Positions 28,015 through 37,628 of a DNA stretch of 64,000 nt are shown here, piece by piece. The position numbers and the translations under genes are program-made. This DNA comes from Psychroserpens sp. (GTDB lineage: Bacteria > Bacteroidota > Bacteroidia > Flavobacteriales > Flavobacteriaceae), in contig NZ_JBALVR010000005.1 of NCBI RefSeq assembly GCF_036960315.1, positions 137,182 through 201,181 on the forward strand, given 5' to 3'. The notes under the pieces were generated by a model that was not told where the DNA came from, searched no databases, and was given only the letters and a program-made list of their open reading frames with translations. Position 1 is the first letter of the stretch, and every line of letters begins with the position of its first letter.

Positions 28015-29754
28015 ATGACTATAAGAATCTGCATTACCGTCCTATCCTTAATTTCTTTTTTCTCAGCCTTCTCACAAACTTATATTACAAACGTAACTAT
28101 AGCAGATGTAGAAAAGCAAAAATTATCACCTAATCAAACTGTCGTAATAACCAATGATTTGATTTCGAACATTCAAATCAGTAAAAAAATAAAGGTTCCA
28201 GAAAATGCTTCAGTAATAGATGGAAGTGGAAAGTTCTTATTTCCTGGTTTAACTGATGCTCATATTCATTTCTTTCAAAATGGCGGATTATATACACGTC
28301 CAGATGTAATAGACTTACGTAAAGAGAGACCTTATCATAAGGAAATTGACTATGCCCTTCAAAATATGGAAAACGTGATGTATCGATATTTGCAAAACGG
28401 AATTACGAATGTGATAGATGTAGGAGCAACCTATAATTTTTTAGGCCAAAGGGATGAGTATAAAGATAACGCAAATACTCCTTCTGTTTATATGACAGGC
28501 CCTTTATTAACAACCTTCGAGCCTCCCGTTTATAAAGATTTAGAAAATAATGCACCTTTTAGTTTAGTAAAAACAATAGAAGACGGTGTGAAAATGGTAC
28601 AAGAACAACTCCCTTACAAACCAGACTTTATCAAAATATGGTATATCGTTGGAGCAGATGAATTACCTACTGAAGAAAGTGCACGCAAGAGTTTACCTAT
28701 TATTAAAGCCATTATTGAAGAGGCTCACAAAAATAATTTAAAAGTTGCCATACATGCCACTCAAAGAATTACTGCTCAGTTAGCTGTGGAAAATGGTTGT
28801 GATTTCTTAGTGCATAGTGTAGAGGATGAAATAATTAAGGATGATTTTGTACAATTAATGAAAAAAACCAAAACTATTCTTTGCCCAACATTGACTGTAC
28901 ATAATGGATACAATAATACGTTTAGTCAAAATGAAGAAATGAGTAATCACGAATTGCTAAAAGCAAATCCTTATCAATTGGGTACTTTGTTAGATTTAAA
29001 ACATTTGTCAGACACGTTACTAGTCAATAATTATAAAAATGGTTCAAATTCTAAAGCGAATGTTGATCGTATGAATAAACTAAATTCGACAACGATGACA
29101 AATCTCAAAATATTGTCAGATGCTGGTGTTTTAATTGCCACTGGGACAGATGCCGGGAATATAGGAACCTTACATGCTTCCTCCTATTTAGCTGAATTGC
29201 AAGCCATGCATAAAAGCGGCATGAGTAACTGGCAGATTATAACAGCTTCTACTATTAATGGTGCTAAAATCCTTAACAAGGAAAATGAATTTGGTACAGT
29301 TAGCATCGGCAAAAAAGCGAATCTCATTATTTTAGACGCGAACCCTATTGACGACATTGAAAATATTACAAAAATTAACCTTATCATAAATAAAGGTATC
29401 GTTTTTAATCCGCATGAATTGCGAAAAGACACTCCTGGAGATTTGGCACAAAGACAACTAAATGCCTATAACTTTAGAAATCTTGATGCTTTTTTAGAAG
29501 CCTATGCAGAGGATGTTGAAGTTTATTCATATCCTGACAAGTTGCTTTATAAAGGCAAAGACACGATGAGAAAACAATATGCTAAGATGTTTAAGGACAC
29601 GCCTAATTTGCATTGTGAATTAAAAGAAAGAATTGTTCAAGGCAACATTGTCATAGACAAAGAGCGTGTTCAATTGGGAGATAGAATAATTGAAGCAGTT
29701 GCTATTTACCATATTAAAAATAGTAAAATTAAAAAGGTGTATTTTATTCAATAA
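28015..29754 (+). CDS. Secreted amidohydrolase-family protein with C-terminal SnoaL/NTF2-like domain
   Basis: PGLTDAHIH, KVAIHA, LVHS, ATGTDAGN; C-terminal QRQLNAYNFRNLDAFLEAYAEDVEVY domain. Confidence 0.85.
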   Translation: MTIRICITVLSLISFFSAFSQTYITNVTIADVEKQKLSPNQTVVITNDLISNIQISKKIKVPENASVIDGSGKFLFPGLTDAHIHFFQNGGLYTRPDVIDLRKERPYHKEIDYALQNMENVMYRYLQNGITNVIDVGATYNFLGQRDEYKDNANTPSVYMTGPLLTTFEPPVYKDLENNAPFSLVKTIEDGVKMVQEQLPYKPDFIKIWYIVGADELPTEESARKSLPIIKAIIEEAHKNNLKVAIHATQRITAQLAVENGCDFLVHSVEDEIIKDDFVQLMKKTKTILCPTLTVHNGYNNTFSQNEEMSNHELLKANPYQLGTLLDLKHLSDTLLVNNYKNGSNSKANVDRMNKLNSTTMTNLKILSDAGVLIATGTDAGNIGTLHASSYLAELQAMHKSGMSNWQIITASTINGAKILNKENEFGTVSIGKKANLIILDANPIDDIENITKINLIINKGIVFNPHELRKDTPGDLAQRQLNAYNFRNLDAFLEAYAEDVEVYSYPDKLLYKGKDTMRKQYAKMFKDTPNLHCELKERIVQGNIVIDKERVQLGDRIIEAVAIYHIKNSKIKKVYFIQ

Positions 29755-29923
29755 ATACTCTTCTGAAAACTCAACTTTTCATAAACAGATATTTAACAGA
29801 ACTCACTCAACACTTCCAAAAAACATAAAAGAAGAGAATGAGATAAAAACACTAAACAACTCAATTTGTTCGACCCAAACAAAATAAAAAAGCCCCACAT
29901 CTCTGCAAGGCTTAATTTTACTT

Positions 29924-30070
29924 GTGGTCCCACTTGTTCTACGTTATAATATAGTAAGAAAGAGTAATGTGGAGTAATACGGAGTAATCGAGTAATATTT
30001 TGAGTGCCGAAATAGTAATATGGAGTAGTATAGATGTATAAAGGTTTGAGCATCGATCAAAATATTGACT
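29924..30070 (+). repeat. att-arm repeat copy A2 beginning with the tRNA 3'-end duplicate
   Basis: GTGGTCCCACTTG (29924-29936) equals 52789-52801; TGTGGAGTAATACGGAGT at +44; 36-bp ATATGGAGT...GGTTTGAGCAT box at +94. Confidence 0.85.
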
Positions 30071-30072
30071 TT

Positions 30073-31059
30073 CTAGTAATTCATCCGACATTCCTTTTGA
30101 TATGCCCTTGGTGACATCGAGGTCTCTTTTTTAAAAGCAAGATAAAAAGCTGACGACGTATTAAATCCTACGTCGTAAGCTAAAATTTCAATCTTTTCGT
30201 TAGCATAATCAATATGAGATAGTTTTGCTTTTATGTCTTGTATTCTAAAGCTATTAATAACCTCAGGGAAATTTTTTCTATATATTGATTTTATGGCTTT
30301 TGAAACCAAATAACTAGGTGTGTTAATAGCTTCAGAAAATTGTGCTAATGTTATAGCTGGCTGTATATAAATTTTATCTTTTTCGATTGCCTTAACAATA
30401 TTGTCCAATAAACCCTTTGGAAACTGAACAGGCGTCACCTTTCGGGTTAAAACAGGAGATTTTATGGCTATAAAAAACAGTATATAAATAGTTAAGGACA
30501 TTAAAGCGATACTCACAGTGTAAAATTGTGCAGTTCCAATAATTATTTGAAGCAAAAACAAAGAGAATAACCCAAACATTGCATAGTATAAAGCATTGTG
30601 CCATTTCGTTAATAATGACGAAACATTCCTGTTATAAATAAATTTATATCCCACAACAGCTAGGTACATACCTAAGCCAATAGTCGCCATAAAATAAATA
30701 TCTCGAGCTTTCCGATTGGGTAATATCATAATTATAAAACCAACAATTGGAAAGATGAGGTGCAATAAGTATTTAGGACTTAAAGTCTTTGTGTTTACAA
30801 TTGAATGCTTAAAATAGAGCAAGATTAAAGGCCCCATAACCGCTATTCCCAATAGACCTAGAGCAATTACTAAATATGAAATGTCTAGTAAAATATCTGA
30901 AAAAATTGACTTTGATATTCTAATTGCTATAGCTAAAAATAAAAACCCTAAACTAAAGTCTCTAATCTTATGTTCCTTCCTAACGATTAAAAAATAGGTC
31001 GTCATAAATAAGCAACTCACAACTGCAATACTTGAGAAAATCGTTAAAGCAATATCCAT
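30073..31059 (-). CDS. Membrane-anchored AraC-family transcriptional regulator
   Basis: TM N-terminus; YLVSKAIK...INSFRI...LAYDVGFNTSSAFYLAFKK. Confidence 0.87.
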   Translation of the reverse strand: MDIALTIFSSIAVVSCLFMTTYFLIVRKEHKIRDFSLGFLFLAIAIRISKSIFSDILLDISYLVIALGLLGIAVMGPLILLYFKHSIVNTKTLSPKYLLHLIFPIVGFIIMILPNRKARDIYFMATIGLGMYLAVVGYKFIYNRNVSSLLTKWHNALYYAMFGLFSLFLLQIIIGTAQFYTVSIALMSLTIYILFFIAIKSPVLTRKVTPVQFPKGLLDNIVKAIEKDKIYIQPAITLAQFSEAINTPSYLVSKAIKSIYRKNFPEVINSFRIQDIKAKLSHIDYANEKIEILAYDVGFNTSSAFYLAFKKETSMSPRAYQKECRMNY

Positions 31060-31224
31060 CGGTTTAAACTTTGTACAAAGATATTTATTATCACTAGCAG
31101 TTATCTGTTAAAATGTTCTTAAATCTATTTCCACATTCCTGTAATATGGAGATTATCTTGATGTTGAAACTTTAGTTTTGAACAATAAACCTAAAAAGAT
31201 AATAGAAAAACAGCCTAAGAAACT

Positions 31225-32091
31225 ATGACTAAAAAGAAGTATAAATTCCATGTTATGAATAGAAGGGTTCATATGTACGCAGGTCTTATCATGATTCCAT
31301 ACCTTTTTGTTTTTGGTCTTTCGGCCCTTTTATTTAATCATCCTACATGGCTCATTAATCGGAATTCAGAAACATTTACTTTAAACGAAGAACATAGTTT
31401 TAATAATATGTTTCCAAATCTGGACATATTAGCAAATTCGGTGAAGGACTCTTTGGTTGATAAAGGGGAGCTGTTTAAAGGAAAAATAACTGATGTTGAC
31501 TATGACAACCTTATGATTTTAAGAAACATCAATGACCTTGAAGACTATCGCGTTAAAGTTGATATTCCTTCATCTCGAATAGAAATTATGAGTCTTCCAG
31601 ATTTTGTTGATAATACAACGGTGTCAAGAGGTCATATAAAGCTAGATAGCTTAGTTTCGACATATGATTTATTCGAAAACATGGAAAATATTCTGAGGGA
31701 AAAGCAATTAATTCCTGGTAAATCGAGAGTTCAACGTATTCCCAATTTGACATTCAATGTAAGCCATAATGATAAAGATTATAAGGTCGAGTACAATTTA
31801 ACAAATGGTAATTATCGGGTAAGAAATCTGAATAATCGAGAATTTAAAATGAATTATTTCCTTGTAAACCTTCATCAGGTACATGGATATCCAACTAATG
31901 GATTCTCTGTCAAGTGGATGTGGGTATTTTTTGCAGATTGTTTAGCATTCTTACTGATAGTTTGGGCTATTTCCGGCCTTATCATGTGGTATAAAATGAA
32001 ACGTTATTTTGTAATTGGCACTTTGGTATTATGTATTACAATTATAATTTCACTTTACTTATTATTTTCTCAGTACGAATTAGGATTTTAG
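31225..32091 (+). CDS. PepSY-associated TM-helix domain membrane protein
   Basis: RRVHMYAGL...GLSALLFNH N-terminal helix; LVNLHQVHG and WVFFAD...ISGLIMW C-terminal helices. Confidence 0.72.
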   Translation: MTKKKYKFHVMNRRVHMYAGLIMIPYLFVFGLSALLFNHPTWLINRNSETFTLNEEHSFNNMFPNLDILANSVKDSLVDKGELFKGKITDVDYDNLMILRNINDLEDYRVKVDIPSSRIEIMSLPDFVDNTTVSRGHIKLDSLVSTYDLFENMENILREKQLIPGKSRVQRIPNLTFNVSHNDKDYKVEYNLTNGNYRVRNLNNREFKMNYFLVNLHQVHGYPTNGFSVKWMWVFFADCLAFLLIVWAISGLIMWYKMKRYFVIGTLVLCITIIISLYLLFSQYELGF

Positions 32092-32121
32092 AAATTAATT
32101 AAAAACAATAAACACAAACAG

Positions 32122-32643
32122 ATGAAACACATTATTTTATTTACACTATGCCTGTTGAGCCTTAATGTAAGGGCACAGGAGAATTTTGATTTTTCAAAAA
32201 AACAAATCCCTGTATGGGAACTTGCAAAAGAAAACACTATTGCTGTTGCTAGAGCAATGCCAGAAAATAATTATAAGTATACACCTGTAGAAGGTGTAAA
32301 GAGTTTTGGTCAACAGATGACTCACATTAGCAATAGCTTGCTATCTATGCATACACGGTTTATTCTAAAAGAAAGCTATATTGGTAAAGAGAAAAGGGCT
32401 TCAGGAATGACAAAAACTCAGATTATTAATGATTTAGAAAAAAGCTTTAATACCGTTTTAGAATCATTAAAATCTTTAAAAGATTCAGACTTACAATCCA
32501 TAGGGAAATCTGGAGGTGTTTTTTCATTAACAAAATGGCAGTCCCTTTTGTTTATGGGAGATCATATTACAAACCATAGAGCAAAAGCTGTGCTTTATTT
32601 GCGCTTAAATAATATAAAACCTCCACAATATGGTTATAACTAA
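32122..32643 (+). CDS. Secreted DinB-family protein
   Basis: Signal peptide; AMPENNYKYTP, SFGQQMTHI, DHITNHRAKAVLYLRLNNIKPP. Confidence 0.85.
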   Translation: MKHIILFTLCLLSLNVRAQENFDFSKKQIPVWELAKENTIAVARAMPENNYKYTPVEGVKSFGQQMTHISNSLLSMHTRFILKESYIGKEKRASGMTKTQIINDLEKSFNTVLESLKSLKDSDLQSIGKSGGVFSLTKWQSLLFMGDHITNHRAKAVLYLRLNNIKPPQYGYN

Positions 32644-32688
32644 TCCAGCTTAAAATGCTGAATAAATGCACGAAATAAGACGTAAGCA

Positions 32689-32714
32689 AAAGCCCTTCTA
32701 AAAAGAAGGGCTTT
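32689..32714. terminator. Bidirectional terminator-like hairpin
   Basis: AAAGCCCTTCT-AAAA-AGAAGGGCTTT, perfect 11-bp stem, just before the tRNA 3'-end duplicate. Confidence 0.75.
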
Positions 32715-32718
32715 AAGT

Positions 32719-32878
32719 GTGGTCCCACTTGGAATACTATATATTATAGTAATGTATAGTGTTGTGGAGTAATACGGAGTTTTCAATATACTATAGCTAT
32801 CTCAAAATAGTGATATGGAGTAGTATGGATGCATAAAGGTTTGAGCATTGATTTATCCATCTTTTATTGCTTTCAAAT
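32719..32878 (+). repeat. att-arm repeat copy A3 beginning with the tRNA 3'-end duplicate
   Basis: GTGGTCCCACTTGG (32719-32732) equals 52789-52802; 18-mer at +44 identical to A2; 36-mer at +94 is 34/36 to A2. Confidence 0.85.
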
Positions 32879-32879
32879 A

Positions 32880-35717
32880 TTAATTACCCAACGAGTTATT
32901 ATCCAAATCAATTAAAAATTCAACTAAATTTTGCTCGCGTTTGAGTTTGAGTTTTTTTCTGAGTCTATATCTAGCGAGTTCAACTCCTCTTGTAGTTATA
33001 TTTAAAAGTTTTGATATTTCTTTAGAACTCATGTTCATTCTTAAGAAAGCTGCTAGTTTTATTTCTCTAGGTGAAAGATGAATATTATTTCTTGATAATT
33101 TCTCTAAATAATTGCCATGCACTTGATCAAAATGATAAGCAAATTGATCCCAAGAATCATTGTCGGATAATTCTTGATCAATAGTTTTAATTAGTCGTCT
33201 TAGTTCTTGTTTAGAGCCACCTTCATCTAATGTTGAGCCAATTTTATCTTGAACATTTTGTATAAATTCCTTGTTCTTTAGTAATTGCATAGTAATAGAT
33301 GTCAATTGTCCATTTTTAAGATCGAGTTCTGTTTGTAACTTTTCGGTATGTAATTGGTCTATTTCTTCATCTTTAATCTTAAGTTCTTTTTCCTTCTCCT
33401 CGGTAATAACTGATTTTTCTGTTTTATACTTTTTACGTTGAATTACTGGTATTAAAATAAAGGTGAGTAAACCAATACCAAAGTATCCCAACTTAGCTGT
33501 TTGAGTAGCGTACCATGGTGTTAAAACTTCAAATGAAAAAGTGGATATTTCACTTTCTAAACCATATAAATTAAGTGCTTTAACCTCAAAAGTATATTGA
33601 CCATATGGTAAGTGTTCGTAACCTTTTTCGCTCATTGGAGACCATTTAGACCAGTTATCATCTAATGGTGTCAATCTATAGCTATACTCTAGGTCTTCAA
33701 AGCCATCAAAATATGGGGAAGTATATTCTATTTTGATGGTTTGGTTTGTGTTTATTTCTAAGGCCTTTGTAAATGATGGATTAATGGTTGAAGTTGAATC
33801 CTTACTTTTAGTAACTTCAATAGACCTGATCAGTACGGAAAAATCTTTATTTATATGATGCTTTTTTAAAGGATTGTAATGGATAAAACCTTCTTTAGCA
33901 CCAATTAGAATATTCTTCTCATTAATAATAGAAATACTTTGAAGGTCATCATTTATAAATTTATTAATATGCTTGAATACTGAGGTTTCTTTTTGAAATT
34001 TACCATAACTCTCCTCTTTAAGAACACCGAGCTCTAGATTTTGAATATAGTAAATAGAATTATCTTCAGCAGTTACTAATTTACTTACATGGTCTTTGCC
34101 AAGCATCTCATTAAAAAAGGTGTTAGAAGAAAATTTTAAAGTGTTAGGGTCGAAATCATAAATCCCTTGTTCAGATGTAAAGATTAATTTTCCTTTCAGT
34201 TTGTATGAGCTTATTAAAATGTTAGACGGAAACCCGCTATGTTTACCAAAATGTTGAATCTCATTTTTAAGTTGCATGTTCCTATCTAACTCTAATTTAT
34301 ATGCGCCTTTATAACCGTGAGTCATCCAAAGCGTAGAGTCATTTTCAAATTCTAATATTCTTGAAGATTCTGTTAGGTTAGGGATTTCTCCTATTCTATT
34401 CCATTTACCATTTAGTTTCTTAAAATATCTAATGCCTTGATAGTCTCCACCCATTATGAGATTTGGATCACTTGTTCTAATAAATTTCCAACTTCCAATA
34501 TCATGAAATTTGTCTAAACTATTACCATTAATTTTAAAAGCACCTTGGTGGTGATTTAAAATAAGTTCATTATCAATTTGCGAAAAATTATAAACCTGAC
34601 CTTCACTACCGGAAACAAACTGGTATTTAATAGAGTTTTTAGGCTCCTCTTTATGGTTTTGTGTAAAAACACCATTACTTGTGCCTAAATAAATCGTTTC
34701 TTTAAAGTTATGAGAGGCATACCCTGTACCTTCAACACCTACTTCTTCATTTATAAAAGAAAAAGGTAAACTCATTTTTAAGTAATCAATCCCATTATTT
34801 AATGCAATCCATAAATTATTATAGTTGTCTTCATAAACCGAATTTACTGTTCTGTCAGATAAACCATTATTTTTCGTTAAGTGTTGCTTTATAGTATAGT
34901 TAGAATTAAGAATAAACAAGCCATTATTTTGAGTGCCTATAGCACAACCCCCGTTGTTAAGCTTTATAACTGAATTAATAGATCCAAATTCCTTTGAATA
35001 ATCTTTAAAAGGCACATTCGATTTACCATACTTGTAGATAATTCCTATTCTGCTGAAATAAAAATCATCATCATCTTTTTCTAATATACCAACTAGTTCT
35101 GGTAATAAATTTGTCCCTGAGATTGGTTGAAACTCGTCATTAACAAACTCAAATAAACCTTCTTCATGAAATTGAACAATTAGCTTATTTTTATATTTAA
35201 ACGAAGCATGCAAAACACCTGGTGTTTCCAATTCTTTTATTTCAGAACCATTAAAAACTAAGAGTTTACTTTCTGTATTAAAAAATATACTCTCATCAAC
35301 TTCAATAATTTTCCAGATTTCTGATATCGACCTAGAACTAGCCTCGAGATTATCAACTAATGAGGTAAACTCAAAGCCATTTGTAGTGTTATTAAAATAG
35401 CCTATTTGATTTTGACCACCAATAAAAACCCTGTTTTTACTATCTACTTTAACTACTCGAATTTTTGTTGCCAAAGGAACCCTGTATTTATTCCATTTGT
35501 TTCCATCAAATTCTAAAAGACCTTCATTATTTGCAGCATACAAAATGCCATTCTCATCCTGATCAAAACTCCAGTTTTGAATACTTCCCTTATAATCCTC
35601 TGAATCAAAATGTGATTTCAGGGGTATTCTATTCAAGTTAATAAAATCATTTGCTTGTGAAAAAATTTCACTGGTAAACAAAAGCATTAAAATCAAATTC
35701 AGTATTCGAAAATACAT
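32880..35717 (-). CDS. PUL sensor-regulator: periplasmic beta-propeller + Y_Y_Y domain + TM + LuxR-type HTH
   Basis: QNWSFDQ...AANNEGLLEFDG, LEYSYRL...YTFEVKA, LSPREIKLAAFLRMNMSSKEISKLLNITTRGVELARYRLRKKL; divergent from the PUL. Confidence 0.9.
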   Translation of the reverse strand: MYFRILNLILMLLFTSEIFSQANDFINLNRIPLKSHFDSEDYKGSIQNWSFDQDENGILYAANNEGLLEFDGNKWNKYRVPLATKIRVVKVDSKNRVFIGGQNQIGYFNNTTNGFEFTSLVDNLEASSRSISEIWKIIEVDESIFFNTESKLLVFNGSEIKELETPGVLHASFKYKNKLIVQFHEEGLFEFVNDEFQPISGTNLLPELVGILEKDDDDFYFSRIGIIYKYGKSNVPFKDYSKEFGSINSVIKLNNGGCAIGTQNNGLFILNSNYTIKQHLTKNNGLSDRTVNSVYEDNYNNLWIALNNGIDYLKMSLPFSFINEEVGVEGTGYASHNFKETIYLGTSNGVFTQNHKEEPKNSIKYQFVSGSEGQVYNFSQIDNELILNHHQGAFKINGNSLDKFHDIGSWKFIRTSDPNLIMGGDYQGIRYFKKLNGKWNRIGEIPNLTESSRILEFENDSTLWMTHGYKGAYKLELDRNMQLKNEIQHFGKHSGFPSNILISSYKLKGKLIFTSEQGIYDFDPNTLKFSSNTFFNEMLGKDHVSKLVTAEDNSIYYIQNLELGVLKEESYGKFQKETSVFKHINKFINDDLQSISIINEKNILIGAKEGFIHYNPLKKHHINKDFSVLIRSIEVTKSKDSTSTINPSFTKALEINTNQTIKIEYTSPYFDGFEDLEYSYRLTPLDDNWSKWSPMSEKGYEHLPYGQYTFEVKALNLYGLESEISTFSFEVLTPWYATQTAKLGYFGIGLLTFILIPVIQRKKYKTEKSVITEEKEKELKIKDEEIDQLHTEKLQTELDLKNGQLTSITMQLLKNKEFIQNVQDKIGSTLDEGGSKQELRRLIKTIDQELSDNDSWDQFAYHFDQVHGNYLEKLSRNNIHLSPREIKLAAFLRMNMSSKEISKLLNITTRGVELARYRLRKKLKLKREQNLVEFLIDLDNNSLGN

Positions 35718-35805
35718 ATCGTGAGTTTTATTAATTAATCTAATGTATTAATAAAATTAACTAATGCTTGTAAAATCGATGTGAAATTGATTTTATGAGA
35801 GGTTT

Positions 35806-35849
35806 TGATGAGTTTTATTTTAATTACTGATGAGTTTTTGATGTAGTGT
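35806..35849 (+). promoter_or_regulatory. Phased TGATG direct repeats in the divergent PUL promoter
   Basis: TGATGAGTTTT at 35806 and 35828, TGATGTAGTGT at 35839 (22- and 11-bp spacing). Confidence 0.45.
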
Positions 35850-36036
35850 GTTTTAACTTTTAGGACACCATAAAGTCTACATTTGAAGAGATGTTTTGAT
35901 TTCATAGTAGTGTTGCACACCAAATAACCTTCTTTAGGTTACAACACTTAATCAAATTCAAAATTAATTCTAAATAGCATGTTCAACAACAATTATTTTG
36001 ATGCATTTATATACACAATTAACTAAAACTATTATT

Positions 36037-37530
36037 ATGAAAAAAATTACTTTACTATTTATTTTGGTTTTGACTACCTCTTTTGGTTTTGCTCAATTTA
36101 CAGATGGAACTTTTGATGATCCGTCGGCTTGGACGGTTATCCAACAAAATGGAAATAATAATGCAACTGCAGTTATTGCTAGTGGCGTAGCTACATTTGA
36201 TGTTATTGATGGTACTGCTTCTTGGGGAGCCGAAGGCCATGTTGCCATTTACAAAGCATTTACTGTTCCATCAACGGGATGGTATGAGTTTGACGCATAT
36301 GTTACAACAAATGGAGTAAATGAACACTGGTTTGAAGTACATGTTGGTACTGCAGCTCCTGTAGATGGGGTGGAGTATAATGCTACAAAAATATTAACTC
36401 TTCACTCTTGGGACTGTGGAGCTACAACAAATACATATTCTGGTTCTATGATTGCTACAGGTTGCCAAGGTTTAGATGGGAAAATTCAGCTAGATGCTGG
36501 CACTACCTATTACTATCTTGTTAGAACAGGTGGAATAACTTGGGGTACTGGAGGAGTAACATTGGACAATATAACTATGGTTGCTGACGTAGCGCAACCA
36601 GTTGCGAGCTTTACAGAAACAACATCTGTATCAGATCTAGATGCTACTTTTACTAACACATCTACAGATGCAACAAGCTATTCTTGGGATTTTGGAGATG
36701 GTTCAACTTCTACCGATGAAAATCCGGCTACCCATACGTATGCTTATAAAGGTCAGTATTTTGTTTCTTTAACAGCTACAAGTGCTGCAGGTTCTAATGA
36801 AACTACTCAAGAAATTTTTGTTGGTGCAGTTACTACACCAGTTTCTGATTTTAGTTTTGATTTTAGTTTACCGACTCCACTCAGAAATGAGAGTCTTCTT
36901 GATTATGTTGAAACTGGTGGCGTTGCTACAGCTTCAGGTGTAAATGACGATTGGTGGTCTCAAGTAAAATATATTAATGATGCAGGAATAGATTTATCTT
37001 CAGCAGATAGAGGTTTTTCAATTAATGTAAATGGACCAAGAACATCAACACTTACAATAAAAGTTGAAAGTGGTGGAACGGAGCATGTTGTAACTGCTGA
37101 CTATACTACACCAAATGCATGGCAAACACTTACGTTTGATTTTTCAAGCTTTAGCTCTACTGATAATACTAAAATAGCATTGTTTTTTGATATTCAAACT
37201 AATTTTGATGGTGGAGTTGACCCCGCTCAAAATGTTTTTCAAATAGATGATTTTATATTTGGCGAATTTACTGCACTAAGTGTTAATGATTTTCAAATTG
37301 AAGGCCTAAAAATATATCCAAATCCAACAAATAATTCTTGGAGTATTTCTACTAAAAATGTAGTTATCAATACAATAGAAGTATTTGATATACTTGGTAA
37401 AAGAGTGATTGCTTTAAACCCTAACACAGCAACAACAATTATCGATGCTACAAACTTAACTTCTGGAATTTATATAACAAAAATTAGTACCGAATTAGGA
37501 ACAGAAACTAAAAAATTGATTAAACAATAG
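36037..37530 (+). CDS. Non-catalytic T9SS-secreted protein: CBM-like module + PKD + second CBM-like module + type A CTD
   Basis: Signal peptide from ATG 36037; PKD (SYSWDFGDG); WQTLTFDFS...KIALFFD...FQIDDF module; IYPNPT CTD; no recognisable GH motif. Confidence 0.8.
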   Translation: MKKITLLFILVLTTSFGFAQFTDGTFDDPSAWTVIQQNGNNNATAVIASGVATFDVIDGTASWGAEGHVAIYKAFTVPSTGWYEFDAYVTTNGVNEHWFEVHVGTAAPVDGVEYNATKILTLHSWDCGATTNTYSGSMIATGCQGLDGKIQLDAGTTYYYLVRTGGITWGTGGVTLDNITMVADVAQPVASFTETTSVSDLDATFTNTSTDATSYSWDFGDGSTSTDENPATHTYAYKGQYFVSLTATSAAGSNETTQEIFVGAVTTPVSDFSFDFSLPTPLRNESLLDYVETGGVATASGVNDDWWSQVKYINDAGIDLSSADRGFSINVNGPRTSTLTIKVESGGTEHVVTADYTTPNAWQTLTFDFSSFSSTDNTKIALFFDIQTNFDGGVDPAQNVFQIDDFIFGEFTALSVNDFQIEGLKIYPNPTNNSWSISTKNVVINTIEVFDILGKRVIALNPNTATTIIDATNLTSGIYITKISTELGTETKKLIKQ

Positions 37531-37628
37531 CAATTGCAATATCTCAAATCAACTAATTAGAAGGCTAGGGATTTATAAAGGCTCAAATGAATGGAAATAT
37601 TTAACCATCTAAGCTAAACCAAATATAT

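Noticed and set aside
29962-29996. GAGTAAT repeated four times, considered as a CRISPR array or VNTR
   Set aside because: No spacers or constant-length repeats and no cas genes; it is part of the arm repeat.
29793-30053. 86-aa minus-strand ORF (and 29690..29887 on +)
   Set aside because: Runs across the non-coding att-arm repeat; the frame is not preserved in the other copies.
35735-35923. 62-aa minus-strand ORF in the PUL divergent promoter
   Set aside because: Covers regulatory repeats and has no protein-like features.
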